Of a stretch of DNA of 64,000 nucleotides, positions 9,194-18,778 are shown piece after piece (the stretch's first letter is position 1; each line of letters opens with the position of its first letter). The stretch spans positions 13,245 to 77,244 of IMG/VR virus record IMGVR_UViG_3300045988_172457; one strand, written 5' to 3'. The translations under genes and the position numbers were made by a program. This stretch comes from a virus. The notes below the pieces were generated by a model that was not told the DNA's origin, searched no databases, and saw only the letters and a program-made list of their open reading frames with translations.

Positions 9194-9931
9194 TTATTCT
9201 TCCACCAGATTGATTTCAGACAGATAGTCGATGAGTTCCTGCACGACGCTGGAATACTCCTTGTTGTCGATTTCCGTCGTGCCGTACATGTTCTTGACGG
9301 CTTCACGTTCCGTGATGACGGTTTCGAACCGTGCGATGCCTTCCTCATCCAGTTCGCTGATGCTGTTCCGGGCGAGTTTCGTTCTCGGCTTCACGCGTGT
9401 CAACAGGACGATGCCGTTGCGTGCCGCCGCGTATGTGCGTCCCGCGTGGGTCAAATCGGATACGGATGGCTGGCATGGGATTATCACCACGTCGCCCGCG
9501 TTTATCGCCGCCTGCACCACTCCGGCGTCGGACGGTGGGGTGTCGATGATGACCCAGCCTGAATATTTTTCGCGGATGAGTTCCGGATTGTTCAATACGG
9601 CTTCGTTGGTTTGCACGACGGGGAAGCCGAGCGTGTATGGTTTCGCGTCCGGATTGTCCTGTCTGCGTCTGCGGTTTTCCTGTTCGACGTACATTTCCCA
9701 CATGGTCGCGCCGCCCGTGTTGTCGGAGTCCAAGACTGTGACTTGTTCCCCGCGTTTGTGCAATAGTTCGGCCAATGCCATTGATGTGGTTGTTTTTCCT
9801 GAACCGCCTTTGATGATTGCGACGGTGATGATGACCGTATGGTTTTTGACTCTCATGTTCTGGTTTCCTTTTTCTGCTTCCGGTGTGGACGGAATCATGG
9901 TGGGGGTATGTTTTTGTTTCGATGATAACAA
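9194..9931 (-). CDS. parA: ParA/Soj-family partition ATPase
   Basis: Deviant Walker A KGGSGKTTT. The true start may be the internal Met (MRVKNHTVII) at ~9856. Confidence 0.8.
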   Translation of the reverse strand: MLSSKQKHTPTMIPSTPEAEKGNQNMRVKNHTVIITVAIIKGGSGKTTTSMALAELLHKRGEQVTVLDSDNTGGATMWEMYVEQENRRRRQDNPDAKPYTLGFPVVQTNEAVLNNPELIREKYSGWVIIDTPPSDAGVVQAAINAGDVVIIPCQPSVSDLTHAGRTYAAARNGIVLLTRVKPRTKLARNSISELDEEGIARFETVITEREAVKNMYGTTEIDNKEYSSVVQELIDYLSEINLVEE

Positions 9932-10091
9932 CGGCGAAAAGTCGGCACGCCGAACCAGAAAACCGTTCGGAGAAACATTCCAGTAAAACAGTGGAACGGC
10001 GTACAGGTTTACAGGCGGAACAGAAAAACAGAAAGCCGCGTCCGCGATGAAACGGATACGGCCTTCTTTCGTTTTTATAGCCGAACAAAAA

Positions 10092-10445
10092 TCATTCGGT
10101 GGCTGTGAACACCAGTTTGCGAAGGAACTCCATGAACAGTGAACCGATATCAGGCATCTGGGCCGCGATATCCTTCATCCATTCACGCACGGGCAAACCC
10201 ATGACCTCCAAGACACCGGTGATAATCCACACGAACAACAGGAACGCGCAGATGGTCAACGCGGTCATCAACGCGCGGGTGCTTTTCTGCAAGATTGCGA
10301 ACACGACACTACCGGCGCAAATAATAATCATCAACAAAGTGAGGATTGCGCCCGTCGGCGTGAACACCCAAGAGAAGAACACGGTGAGCACGTCACCCAA
10401 CGTTCGTCCCGCAGTGTCAGCGGCTTGGTTTCCTACCTCTTCCAT
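10092..10445 (-). CDS. Small polytopic membrane protein (117 aa, 3 TM)
   Basis: Hydrophobic helices AILTLLMIIICAGSVVFAIL and LMTALTICAFLLFVWIITGVL. First gene upstream of the membrane-complex operon. Confidence 0.55.
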   Translation of the reverse strand: MEEVGNQAADTAGRTLGDVLTVFFSWVFTPTGAILTLLMIIICAGSVVFAILQKSTRALMTALTICAFLLFVWIITGVLEVMGLPVREWMKDIAAQMPDIGSLFMEFLRKLVFTATE

Positions 10446-10548
10446 TTTTCTAATCTCCTTGACGTTGGAAGTTTTTTCGAAAGGGGAACCGGCGTCGAAT
10501 GCTGTGGAAGATGCTCAAAACATTCGACGCCGGATGGTTAAACCGACG

Positions 10549-13500
10549 TCACTTCATGAACGGCGGTTTGGGTGTCGGCTGTCCTCCGGTCGGCGGTTTC
10601 TTCATGTGAAGATTGCCTACGGAGGGGAAACCTGTCAGGTTTGACGGGTTGGCGTCCACTGGCTGTTTGACGGTCGGTGACGGTGTGGTTGGCGGTTGCA
10701 TTCGAACCGACGGCTGTTGTCTTACCTGAGCTTGTGGCTGCGGTTGAGACTGCTGTCGCGGAGCTTGCGCCTGTACCGAACCCTTCTGTTGCGTCTGACC
10801 GGAATCAACCGTGAATTCTCTACTCGGCTGAATTCCATTCGGGTTCATGGCACGTTCCGCACTCGCAGGCATCATATCGCCCGGAAGACCCGTCGTTCTA
10901 GTCCACTCCTCCTGTGCCATACGCAAATGCTCCTCCGGAGACTGTTGCACCGGATTCTCGCGCATGTACGCCTGTTGCAGTGAATTGTTCACCGATTCAG
11001 GCATCGGAGTCGCATTGTCGGTTGCCTTCTGCCAAGTGGAGGCGGCGGACACGGCGGCGTCCATCGTTCCGGAGGGTAGGGTCTCACCGACAATCTCACC
11101 TGTCTCAGTGTTGTACACCGGCTGATTGGCATTCATCTCAGGTTGAGCCGTCACATTCTCGATAGGAGATTGATTGTTTTGGCTCATATACGCTTGGACA
11201 GAATCATCGACTTCACCGGAGGCCACGGCTTCTTGGAAAGCTTGTTCCGCATCCTCTTGAGACATGTGCTGGTTATTCGTGAAGTCTGCCATCATTCCCT
11301 CACGAACCTGATTGAACGCGGACTGTTCAGTCAACACCGGAGCCTGTCCTTGAGCGTCGGCTGGAACCGATTCAGTTGGAGTGTCCACCGGAATCGTTTC
11401 CGTCTGACCGTCAGTCGGAATCGTCTCGGTCTGACCGTCAGTCGGAATAGGCGACGCGCCACCGGCACCACCGGTTTGGGTCGGGGCATTCGGAGTCGGA
11501 GCCGTCGGGGAAGGCATAGGACTGTCACCATCGGCGGAACCACCGTTACCGGTGCCGGAGAACGGAGACGACAACGGAGCGTCACCATTAGCCATGCCCA
11601 ACACGTTGCGACGCCACTGGTCGCGTTTCCTCATACTGCCGGGAGCAGCGTTCCTGATGTCGCGGATTTTGTCCATCGCGGCTCCCGCACCCACCGCTAG
11701 GCCATGATGGAGGTTACGGTCGGTAGCTAGCTTTCCTGCGGCAATCAATCCCAACGGTGCGGTAATCGGATTGGAGAACAAAGCTCCTGCGACAGCGGCT
11801 TTCGCGGCGACCTTCGCTCCGCGTGCGGCTACGTTACGCAAAGGAGCGCTCTTCGCGGCTCGTGCGGCGAAAGCGAGACCGGCACCGGCCATTGCGGCTC
11901 CGGCTCCGGCGACTCTTGCCGCGCCTTGAAGTTTGCGTCCGGCATTGTTCAGATGGTTCATCCTTTGTGCTTTGCGTTGCACATCGTTGAGGGACATGCC
12001 CGGGTGACGTTGAGCGATACTATGGGCGAACGCCTCCGTATTGTCCTCTCCATGGAACTTGGAAACGGCTTCGTTCAACCGTCCCTTGAACTTGCCCGTG
12101 GAATCCTCAAAATGGAGTTTCGTACCGGCAAGACTTCCTCTCACCGTGCTCTTGTCCATTCGTGCCCAGTTCTTGCTTCCGCGTCCACGCGTCTGAATCG
12201 CCTCGAACTCCTTGGCGTTACGATTCATCAGATTCCTATCGCCCTGACTCAACGAATCCTGTTGCGCGCGGCTCATCTTGCTCAGGATGGTCGCGCTTTG
12301 ACGTGCTCCGTTATGGGCCATGCCAGCGCCGGTACCGTTCGTGGACAAACGTCCGACACCATTGCCGCCACGACGGAATCCGCCACGCATGGCGCGAATC
12401 ATACGGTACTGTCCAATCATGTGCATTCCCTTGCGAAGACCGGACGCCATTGCGGTTCCACCCGCCATTCCCATGAGAGCGTTGACGCTGAACGGATTAC
12501 CACACTTCAACACTTTCGAACAGAACATGCCGATTGCGGCGAGAGCCAACACCGGACTCAATCCCGCAATCAACTGGTAGGTGAACGAACCACTGCTGGC
12601 AGAGGTGAACTTCAACGTCAGGCCACAAATGAATGTTGCGAGAGCGCCGAGCGCACCGTACAACGCTCCTACCATACTCAACTGGCAGGTGTACGTCGCC
12701 CAGTTCTTCAACGCCGTCTTCGGCTTCTCGCCAATCGGGAACGCTTGGACAAGGAACGTGACCACGAGGAACAACGCCATCATTATCAGCATGAGCTTCG
12801 TCAGTATTAGAACAAGGCTCAACAATCCCCAGACCACGAGATTGACGATGCCTCCGATAAGTGTTCCGCAAGCACCCAACGTATCGACGTTGTTGTTGCC
12901 ATACATGTAGTCGATGGTTTTCTTCGCACCGCCCGTGACCGTGGAATCATCCTGAGCGTCACGAAGATTCGCCTCACTCCAAGTTCCGGAAACGTTCGGC
13001 ACGTCGAAACGCCATCCGACCGTGGCGGAGTCGCCCCAGTTGGTGTCGTTCTGCTGGTCTTTATATGTTCCGTCATCCTCCTTGTTGATATCGGTGGAAC
13101 GGGAGAAGATTACGGAACCCTGTTTGAGAATCGTCTGGCAGACCGAAGTGGTCTGTTGGATGGTTTCGTCTTCGCTGCCGTTCTGTTTCGCGTCCATCAC
13201 GCCTTTGCCACCGTTGGTCGGTTTCACATTGTCCAAGTCGTCAATTTTGACGCGTACTTTCGTACTGCCGTTCTTGATGTTCTTGGTTCCTGTGTCACCG
13301 AGATTGTTGATGAGTGTCGCCCATCCGGCTCGCGCGTAGATTTCCTGATTGCGTTTCGTGCCACAGGTTTCCCAGAACACGCCCGCACGGCTGAGATATG
13401 TCGCGTTCTCCCTTTCCAACGGCTTGTCGGTGAAGTAAGGATTACGCGGGTCTACCCAACCGTCCACGGAGAACAACCATTTGGCTCGCTGGTCGCTGAT

Positions 13501-14580
13501 GTGCAACGCCATGGCCTTGTTGGTCAAATCCTTCTGGATGGTCGTGTTCGTGTTGGCTTTCATCTCCAACACGTGGCAGTAACCTTGCCGGGCGTTTTCC
13601 GCGATACGGAACGAGGATGTTCCGGTGGTCTGCGGGTTTCCGTACTGCATGGTCACGAACGAGCGAAGGGAGGTCTCCTCCCAAATACGGTTGATGGCCT
13701 TGGTGACGTTGCTTGTATCCTGATTGCCGTTGGACTTCGCCTGTTCGTCATATGCCTGATGCATGAAGTACAGGTAATCCTGACAATTGGTTTTCGCACC
13801 GTTCGCCGCATGATGGTAGGACATCATGTTTTTATCACTGTCGGCCATACCGTCAAGGTCGAGGTTGACCGAAAGCTTGTTGATGGTGTTGTTGATTGTC
13901 TGCACGACCCACCATGGGCTTCCGGTCGCCGGTTCTGTGGCGTTCTTCCCGGTCTTGGCCGCTCCAGCTCCAAGCATCGTGATTGAAGCGAAGCAGAGAA
14001 CCATGATGACGATTCGTTTGCTCGCCTCTTTGACGGTGCCGATTTGGAATCCAGCCGCGCCAACCCAAGCCACGATGCCGAGCACTGCGATGGTGGCGGG
14101 GATGCCGCCGTCCATCAGACTTGTCACCATGGTGGACACTGCGGAGTCGATGTTCGCACCAGCCTGTTTCATTGGCTCGAACGAAGCGGCGAACTGGCTG
14201 ATGGACAATGCGGAAGACCAGCAGACCTGAGTCAACTGCATCAGAATGTTGGGAAGGACGATATGGGTCTGCGAGCTGATGGTCTGCTTGACGTTCGAGA
14301 ACCAACCGGCGACATCGCTGCCACTGTACGGTTCCGTACGCGAAGTGATTTCCCCAACGTAGTTTCCCCAACGTCCGGAAGGAAGACAACTAGAGATGTC
14401 TGATGTAGCACTGTCAGTTCCACCGTTGGCGCATGTTATCGTCGTGGTCGAATCGTTGACCTGTGCGGCGAACACGCTGGACGGCAAGACGAACAATGTC
14501 ATGACCACGCACAACATCAGAATGACGAGCAGGTTCCTTCTACCCGCCCGTTTCACTGGGTCTCGATATTTTGTATTCAA
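10549..14580 (-). CDS. Giant membrane protein (1343 aa). Candidate VirB6/TcpH-like conjugative channel component. The layout is a signal peptide, a ~550-aa extracytoplasmic domain, ~6-7 TM helices and a ~600-aa low-complexity cytoplasmic tail.
   Basis: N-terminal signal (LLVILMLCVVMTLFVLPSSVFAA). A TM cluster in residues ~560-700. A C-terminal P/Q/A/T-rich tail with the tandem peptide repeat PTDGQTETI. Confidence 0.7.
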   Translation of the reverse strand: MNTKYRDPVKRAGRRNLLVILMLCVVMTLFVLPSSVFAAQVNDSTTTITCANGGTDSATSDISSCLPSGRWGNYVGEITSRTEPYSGSDVAGWFSNVKQTISSQTHIVLPNILMQLTQVCWSSALSISQFAASFEPMKQAGANIDSAVSTMVTSLMDGGIPATIAVLGIVAWVGAAGFQIGTVKEASKRIVIMVLCFASITMLGAGAAKTGKNATEPATGSPWWVVQTINNTINKLSVNLDLDGMADSDKNMMSYHHAANGAKTNCQDYLYFMHQAYDEQAKSNGNQDTSNVTKAINRIWEETSLRSFVTMQYGNPQTTGTSSFRIAENARQGYCHVLEMKANTNTTIQKDLTNKAMALHISDQRAKWLFSVDGWVDPRNPYFTDKPLERENATYLSRAGVFWETCGTKRNQEIYARAGWATLINNLGDTGTKNIKNGSTKVRVKIDDLDNVKPTNGGKGVMDAKQNGSEDETIQQTTSVCQTILKQGSVIFSRSTDINKEDDGTYKDQQNDTNWGDSATVGWRFDVPNVSGTWSEANLRDAQDDSTVTGGAKKTIDYMYGNNNVDTLGACGTLIGGIVNLVVWGLLSLVLILTKLMLIMMALFLVVTFLVQAFPIGEKPKTALKNWATYTCQLSMVGALYGALGALATFICGLTLKFTSASSGSFTYQLIAGLSPVLALAAIGMFCSKVLKCGNPFSVNALMGMAGGTAMASGLRKGMHMIGQYRMIRAMRGGFRRGGNGVGRLSTNGTGAGMAHNGARQSATILSKMSRAQQDSLSQGDRNLMNRNAKEFEAIQTRGRGSKNWARMDKSTVRGSLAGTKLHFEDSTGKFKGRLNEAVSKFHGEDNTEAFAHSIAQRHPGMSLNDVQRKAQRMNHLNNAGRKLQGAARVAGAGAAMAGAGLAFAARAAKSAPLRNVAARGAKVAAKAAVAGALFSNPITAPLGLIAAGKLATDRNLHHGLAVGAGAAMDKIRDIRNAAPGSMRKRDQWRRNVLGMANGDAPLSSPFSGTGNGGSADGDSPMPSPTAPTPNAPTQTGGAGGASPIPTDGQTETIPTDGQTETIPVDTPTESVPADAQGQAPVLTEQSAFNQVREGMMADFTNNQHMSQEDAEQAFQEAVASGEVDDSVQAYMSQNNQSPIENVTAQPEMNANQPVYNTETGEIVGETLPSGTMDAAVSAASTWQKATDNATPMPESVNNSLQQAYMRENPVQQSPEEHLRMAQEEWTRTTGLPGDMMPASAERAMNPNGIQPSREFTVDSGQTQQKGSVQAQAPRQQSQPQPQAQVRQQPSVRMQPPTTPSPTVKQPVDANPSNLTGFPSVGNLHMKKPPTGGQPTPKPPFMK

Positions 14581-14999
14581 CGGATTTCCATTTCTTGAAG
14601 GTCGATAATGTTTTCCGGCTGAGTGGAATTCGGGTAGAAGACCTGCCCTTCAATCTTGCGGCTCTTCATATCCTGCAAGGTTCTCTTCCACCGTGTCTGT
14701 TGGGTGCGGTCTCTAATGGTGCCGACTGCGAAGAACGGAGCCAGTATTCCGCCCAACAGTACGAAGAACGAGCTGAACATGTATCCGAGCAACGGGGCGA
14801 ATATGAGGCAAAGAGCCAAGCCCGCCAATGCGCCGACGATAACGGAGAACACGGTTTTGGAACGGGCCTCAGTGTTCTTGGTTATCTGGAACGTGTTCTT
14901 CCGTTCGATTTCCTCCGGGCCGGACACTTCCGTGATGTCGTCCATCGTCAACCTCGGATGCAAGGGACCTTTGTATCCTTCGTCTTCCTCATCGCTCAT
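14577..14999 (-). CDS. Small membrane protein (140 aa, 2 TM), translationally coupled in the operon
   Basis: TM helices VFSVIVGALAGLALCLIFAPLLGYMF and FFVLLGGILAPFFAV. Overlaps the neighbouring gene by 4 nt. Confidence 0.55.
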   Translation of the reverse strand: MSDEEDEGYKGPLHPRLTMDDITEVSGPEEIERKNTFQITKNTEARSKTVFSVIVGALAGLALCLIFAPLLGYMFSSFFVLLGGILAPFFAVGTIRDRTQQTRWKRTLQDMKSRKIEGQVFYPNSTQPENIIDLQEMEIR

Positions 15000-15104
15000 G
15001 ATTCAACTCTTTTCGTACGTAAGGTTCTTAAAAGAAAACCGGAGTGGGAACAGAACCGGAAAGGTCCTCTTCGCATATCCACTCCGGTTTTCCTTCTGCG
15101 GATG

Positions 15105-15449
15105 TCAGATTCCCAGATAGGTCTTTCCACTGCTGCCAAGCGCGTCAACGAACCAGTCAATCAACTTAAGAATTGCCGGAATGGTGATGGTCGGGCCAGC
15201 GAGAATGAATCCGACTGCGAGGACGACGAGAACACGACCGATGGTCGGGCAGAACATCTGCACGACTTTGTTCTGACGTCCCAACGCCTTGCAAATGCCA
15301 CCGGCGATAAGGCCGAGTGCGAGAAGCACTGCGGCGGCAAGACCGATGTTGGTCAACACGGTTCCCGCGCTACTGCTCAAAATGGTGTCGAACATCTTAT
15401 GATAGGTGCTCTCAAGGCTGCTTCCAGCCAAGGTAATGGTTCCACCCAT
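15105..15449 (-). CDS. Small double-TM protein (114 aa). Candidate VirB2/VirB3-like T4SS pilin or membrane subunit.
   Basis: Two long hydrophobic stretches (IGLAAAVLLALGLIAGGI and VLVVLAVGFILAGPTITIPAIL). Its size and position are typical of VirB2-like proteins. Confidence 0.5.
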   Translation of the reverse strand: MGGTITLAGSSLESTYHKMFDTILSSSAGTVLTNIGLAAAVLLALGLIAGGICKALGRQNKVVQMFCPTIGRVLVVLAVGFILAGPTITIPAILKLIDWFVDALGSSGKTYLGI

Positions 15450-15615
15450 TTTTTGAGTTCCCTTTCGTTTTCCAAACGGAACTCTCCTGCATTTTTCATC
15501 CTATCAACCTACGCGGTTGTTTCCAGTCATAGCGAGGTTTTTAGGTTAAAAAAATCCGTCCGGAAGTTGAAAGTTCCGAACGGATTCTGAAAAGCGATAT
15601 GATGAACGCTAAAAA

Positions 15616-18276
15616 CTAGTCATCATCATCCATGTCACCATTGCGATAACCGTTATCGAAATCGTTCACATGAACAAGGAACGTCGGTTGCAACTGTTCT
15701 TGGGTTCGAGTGCGAACAGCCGCCGCATAACGTGGAAGATTCATCACCGCGCCCGAACGCCAACCATCCTCACCATCATTGTTCGTCAAACGTTTCGCCG
15801 TCATATCGGCAATACGCGGAATCGTCGTATTGTATGTGATGAACGTCGAATAGCCGATGAACGAATCCAACATCGCGTCGGACAACTGGGTCGGATACTG
15901 GGTGGCGAACACGAGAAGAAGACCGAACGAACGACCCTGCTCACGCAACGCGGGCATGATACCGTCATTGCCGTTAGCCAACAGGCTCAACTCGTCGCAT
16001 ACGAGCATCGTCCACTTGCCAGCCTTGTCCCAATCCTTGCAATGCGCGAACACCGTATTCCAGAAACGGTACATGAGCCAGCCGCCGAGAATCTTATCCA
16101 TACGTTCCGGCAACGAATAACCATTATGCGGTGCGAGCACAATGTGATAATCGCCAGCATGGTCGAGAATGTTCGTCCAAGTCACCTTGCCGCGACGTGC
16201 CGTGAACATGTGTTCGATGGGAAGGAACTGGTTCACCTTGTTCAACGAGGCGTTCGTCTTGGCGAGAATGTCACGGTCGGAACGAACCGTATGACCAGCC
16301 GCGTCCGGACGGCCATATAATTGCTCGGCGGCACGGGCGGCATACGTCATCTCCTCGAACATGTAGCCACTCTTCAATTCCATGCTCAACGCGCGGCACA
16401 CATGACCCAACGCTTTCGCGGAACCGGCCTGACCGTCGGAACCGCATAATGCGACGACGGCCCATCCGATTGGACTCAACTGCATTCGCAACTGTTCCGC
16501 ACCCGGATACGATTGTTCGAGCTGATGGCAACGTTTCACAATCTCGCTTTCCCAATCCTTGTTCGCGGATTCGGGATTATGCTTACGCTCCTCCTGCACG
16601 TAACGGTCAACCGCCACGCCGATGGTCAACGCTTGGGTGATGATGTTCTGCGAGTCGTTCAGAATATCACCGTCATCGAACGAGTAACGCATGGTCTTCG
16701 CCACGCTCGCCGCAGTCTCCATCGCATTGTTCCCGTCCTTCATGCCAAGCATGTCCAAGCACACACTGTTCGGGTCTGCCAAATAGACGACGCGTTGCGG
16801 ACTGGTGAAACCGTGACGTTTGCGATAACGTTCCAACACGTTAACACCGGTATCATCCTTCATCCAAAAATGGATGATACGGGAGTCGCGTCCCCAGATT
16901 TTCGGACTGGTGGTCTCGCGTGCGCTGATGGCCCACTGGCTGATGCCATGGGTGAGCACGGTCTTACCGGAACCGGCCTCGCCGTTGATGGCGATACCGC
17001 CGAACAATTGCGACGGGTCGAGATAACAGTTACGTCCCGTATCATCCTTCCCAAGGAAGATGCCATCATGCGACAATACTTCCGGAACCGGATGCAACTC
17101 CTGTTTCATCGCCACTCCCTGAGTGACCGGAGTGAACACGGAACTTACGATAATCGGGGAAAGAATCAACGTGGTACGTTGCGCACCATAAGCCGACACG
17201 CGCTCCTTATGAGTGCGCACGCCAAGACGGGTCTGATTATCGGACTCGTTCGCGCCACGGTCGTTCGCAATCGCATAATATCTGCGTGGCGTTTGGAAAA
17301 TATCATCCCACAACGTCCAATTCTTCCAACGGATGAACGCGAAGACAAGAAGCGGAACGAAAAGAATCGGAATGAACGTCGGAAGCGGAAGCAACCCCAA
17401 CAGCAGGTAAAGCATGAGCGCCACCGCTCCACCAGCAATCTGAGGTCGCGGAATGTAAACGAACGGAATGCACGACAACAGCATGAGGAACAGGAACACG
17501 ACCAACGTCACCGCAAGCAGTGGAAGCGCGATTCCGAAACCCCAAGCGGAATGGAACAATGGGAACACGCCATCCATCACGTATCCTCTTGCAAGACCGC
17601 ACACACTCCAAATCACGGACAACACTTCCAACAGCATGCTGACGAACAGCAAACCGAATTTCGGACGGCTCGCATGACTGGACATGTTGGATATGAGCGG
17701 GCAGATGATTTGACCAATCTTCTGCGCAAGCTGTCGGTTACGCGAAACCTGACGGCAACCGAAACTCACACGGGCGCACATCGTGTTGGTCGAAGCAAGT
17801 TCGCTTGAATCCTCGACCGCATTGTATTCGTCGCTAATCCAATTACGAATACGAATCTGCTCGAAGTATCCCTGATTGCGAAGCGTGACGCTCACATAAC
17901 TGTCCGGCGGCATGACCTTCTCGATGCTTGTACGAACGCCGGAATAGTTCGTCCGCATTTTCTCCATGTTGCTTTTCGAGTTCAACCGGGCACGGAACGG
18001 GATGAGAGGATGCGCCGCACTGTTCACGCCATCCGGCAACACCGGTTCCTCATCACCTTCGACCAGTCTCGCGTCAAAACCAGCCAACTGTCCGGCGTTG
18101 ACGATTCCCTCGCCGTCGCCGTAAATATATTCCTTGACCGGCTCCTCGCCCTTCTTGATGAGGAGAAGGGTGCAACCATCCAGTTCGGCGGGAATGCTCT
18201 CCACTTTCGAACGTTGCTCGTCCGGGTCTAACTGTTGCAACGTTCTGGTTATCTGATACCAGTTCGGATTACCCAT
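15616..18276 (-). CDS. Membrane-anchored P-loop ATPase of the FtsK / VirD4 / VirB4 superfamily (886 aa). Probable conjugative DNA translocase or coupling ATPase.
   Basis: ~4 TM helices in residues ~190-330. Walker A GEAGSGKT, Walker B MLVCDELSLL, then ...VFATQ. Confidence 0.75.
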   Translation of the reverse strand: MGNPNWYQITRTLQQLDPDEQRSKVESIPAELDGCTLLLIKKGEEPVKEYIYGDGEGIVNAGQLAGFDARLVEGDEEPVLPDGVNSAAHPLIPFRARLNSKSNMEKMRTNYSGVRTSIEKVMPPDSYVSVTLRNQGYFEQIRIRNWISDEYNAVEDSSELASTNTMCARVSFGCRQVSRNRQLAQKIGQIICPLISNMSSHASRPKFGLLFVSMLLEVLSVIWSVCGLARGYVMDGVFPLFHSAWGFGIALPLLAVTLVVFLFLMLLSCIPFVYIPRPQIAGGAVALMLYLLLGLLPLPTFIPILFVPLLVFAFIRWKNWTLWDDIFQTPRRYYAIANDRGANESDNQTRLGVRTHKERVSAYGAQRTTLILSPIIVSSVFTPVTQGVAMKQELHPVPEVLSHDGIFLGKDDTGRNCYLDPSQLFGGIAINGEAGSGKTVLTHGISQWAISARETTSPKIWGRDSRIIHFWMKDDTGVNVLERYRKRHGFTSPQRVVYLADPNSVCLDMLGMKDGNNAMETAASVAKTMRYSFDDGDILNDSQNIITQALTIGVAVDRYVQEERKHNPESANKDWESEIVKRCHQLEQSYPGAEQLRMQLSPIGWAVVALCGSDGQAGSAKALGHVCRALSMELKSGYMFEEMTYAARAAEQLYGRPDAAGHTVRSDRDILAKTNASLNKVNQFLPIEHMFTARRGKVTWTNILDHAGDYHIVLAPHNGYSLPERMDKILGGWLMYRFWNTVFAHCKDWDKAGKWTMLVCDELSLLANGNDGIMPALREQGRSFGLLLVFATQYPTQLSDAMLDSFIGYSTFITYNTTIPRIADMTAKRLTNNDGEDGWRSGAVMNLPRYAAAVRTRTQEQLQPTFLVHVNDFDNGYRNGDMDDDD

Positions 18277-18301
18277 GTTTTACCTTCCTTTCCTTTTTTG
18301 T

Positions 18302-18778
18302 TTAATCATCCGTGCTCTGCTGATACAACTGCGCGTATGGGAAACCTTCCGGCTTCTGGAAAGTGGAAAGCCTCTCACGTAACGACAATTGGAGAAGCCA
18401 CGTCGTCATCCGGACGGTTTTCTCCTTCGACTCCAACGCCCAACCCAATGTCACGTAACCATCGTTCACACTCGAATCATCGTTGATGGTTTCACGCATG
18501 ACGCGGATTGTTTTGTTCGCAATCCGCCGGGAAGTGTTGAACATTATCGAATCCAACTGCCAGAGTCGTATCTTCCGTAATGCGGGAACACGTTGCATGT
18601 TCGCCATCAGAAACGGAATGACCAAATGTCTACGTCCCGTCTCACATAATGTCTGAACCTGTTGCAAAGCCCGCGCACGTTCCAATCTTGCTACATCCAA
18701 CGCGTCCTGTGTCTGTTGGAATGATTCCTCAGTGGAGACCATCGCAATCCTTTCCAATGAAACCGTAGAAACCGCCAC
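18302..18778 (-). CDS. Hypothetical protein (158 aa)
   Basis: ORF in the operon. Overlaps the upstream gene by 50 nt, so the start may be the internal Met. Confidence 0.4.
   Translation of the reverse strand: MAVSTVSLERIAMVSTEESFQQTQDALDVARLERARALQQVQTLCETGRRHLVIPFLMANMQRVPALRKIRLWQLDSIMFNTSRRIANKTIRVMRETINDDSSVNDGYVTLGWALESKEKTVRMTTWLLQLSLRERLSTFQKPEGFPYAQLYQQSTDD

Noticed and set aside
11926-12810. Long plus-strand ORFs (11926-12810, 13156-13986, 14571-15590, 16513-17808, 19712-20317) lying antisense to the large minus-strand genes
   Set aside because: They lie fully inside well-supported longer minus-strand genes. Their compositions are Arg/His/Gly-rich, typical of antisense frames in high-GC DNA. 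They lack RBS context.
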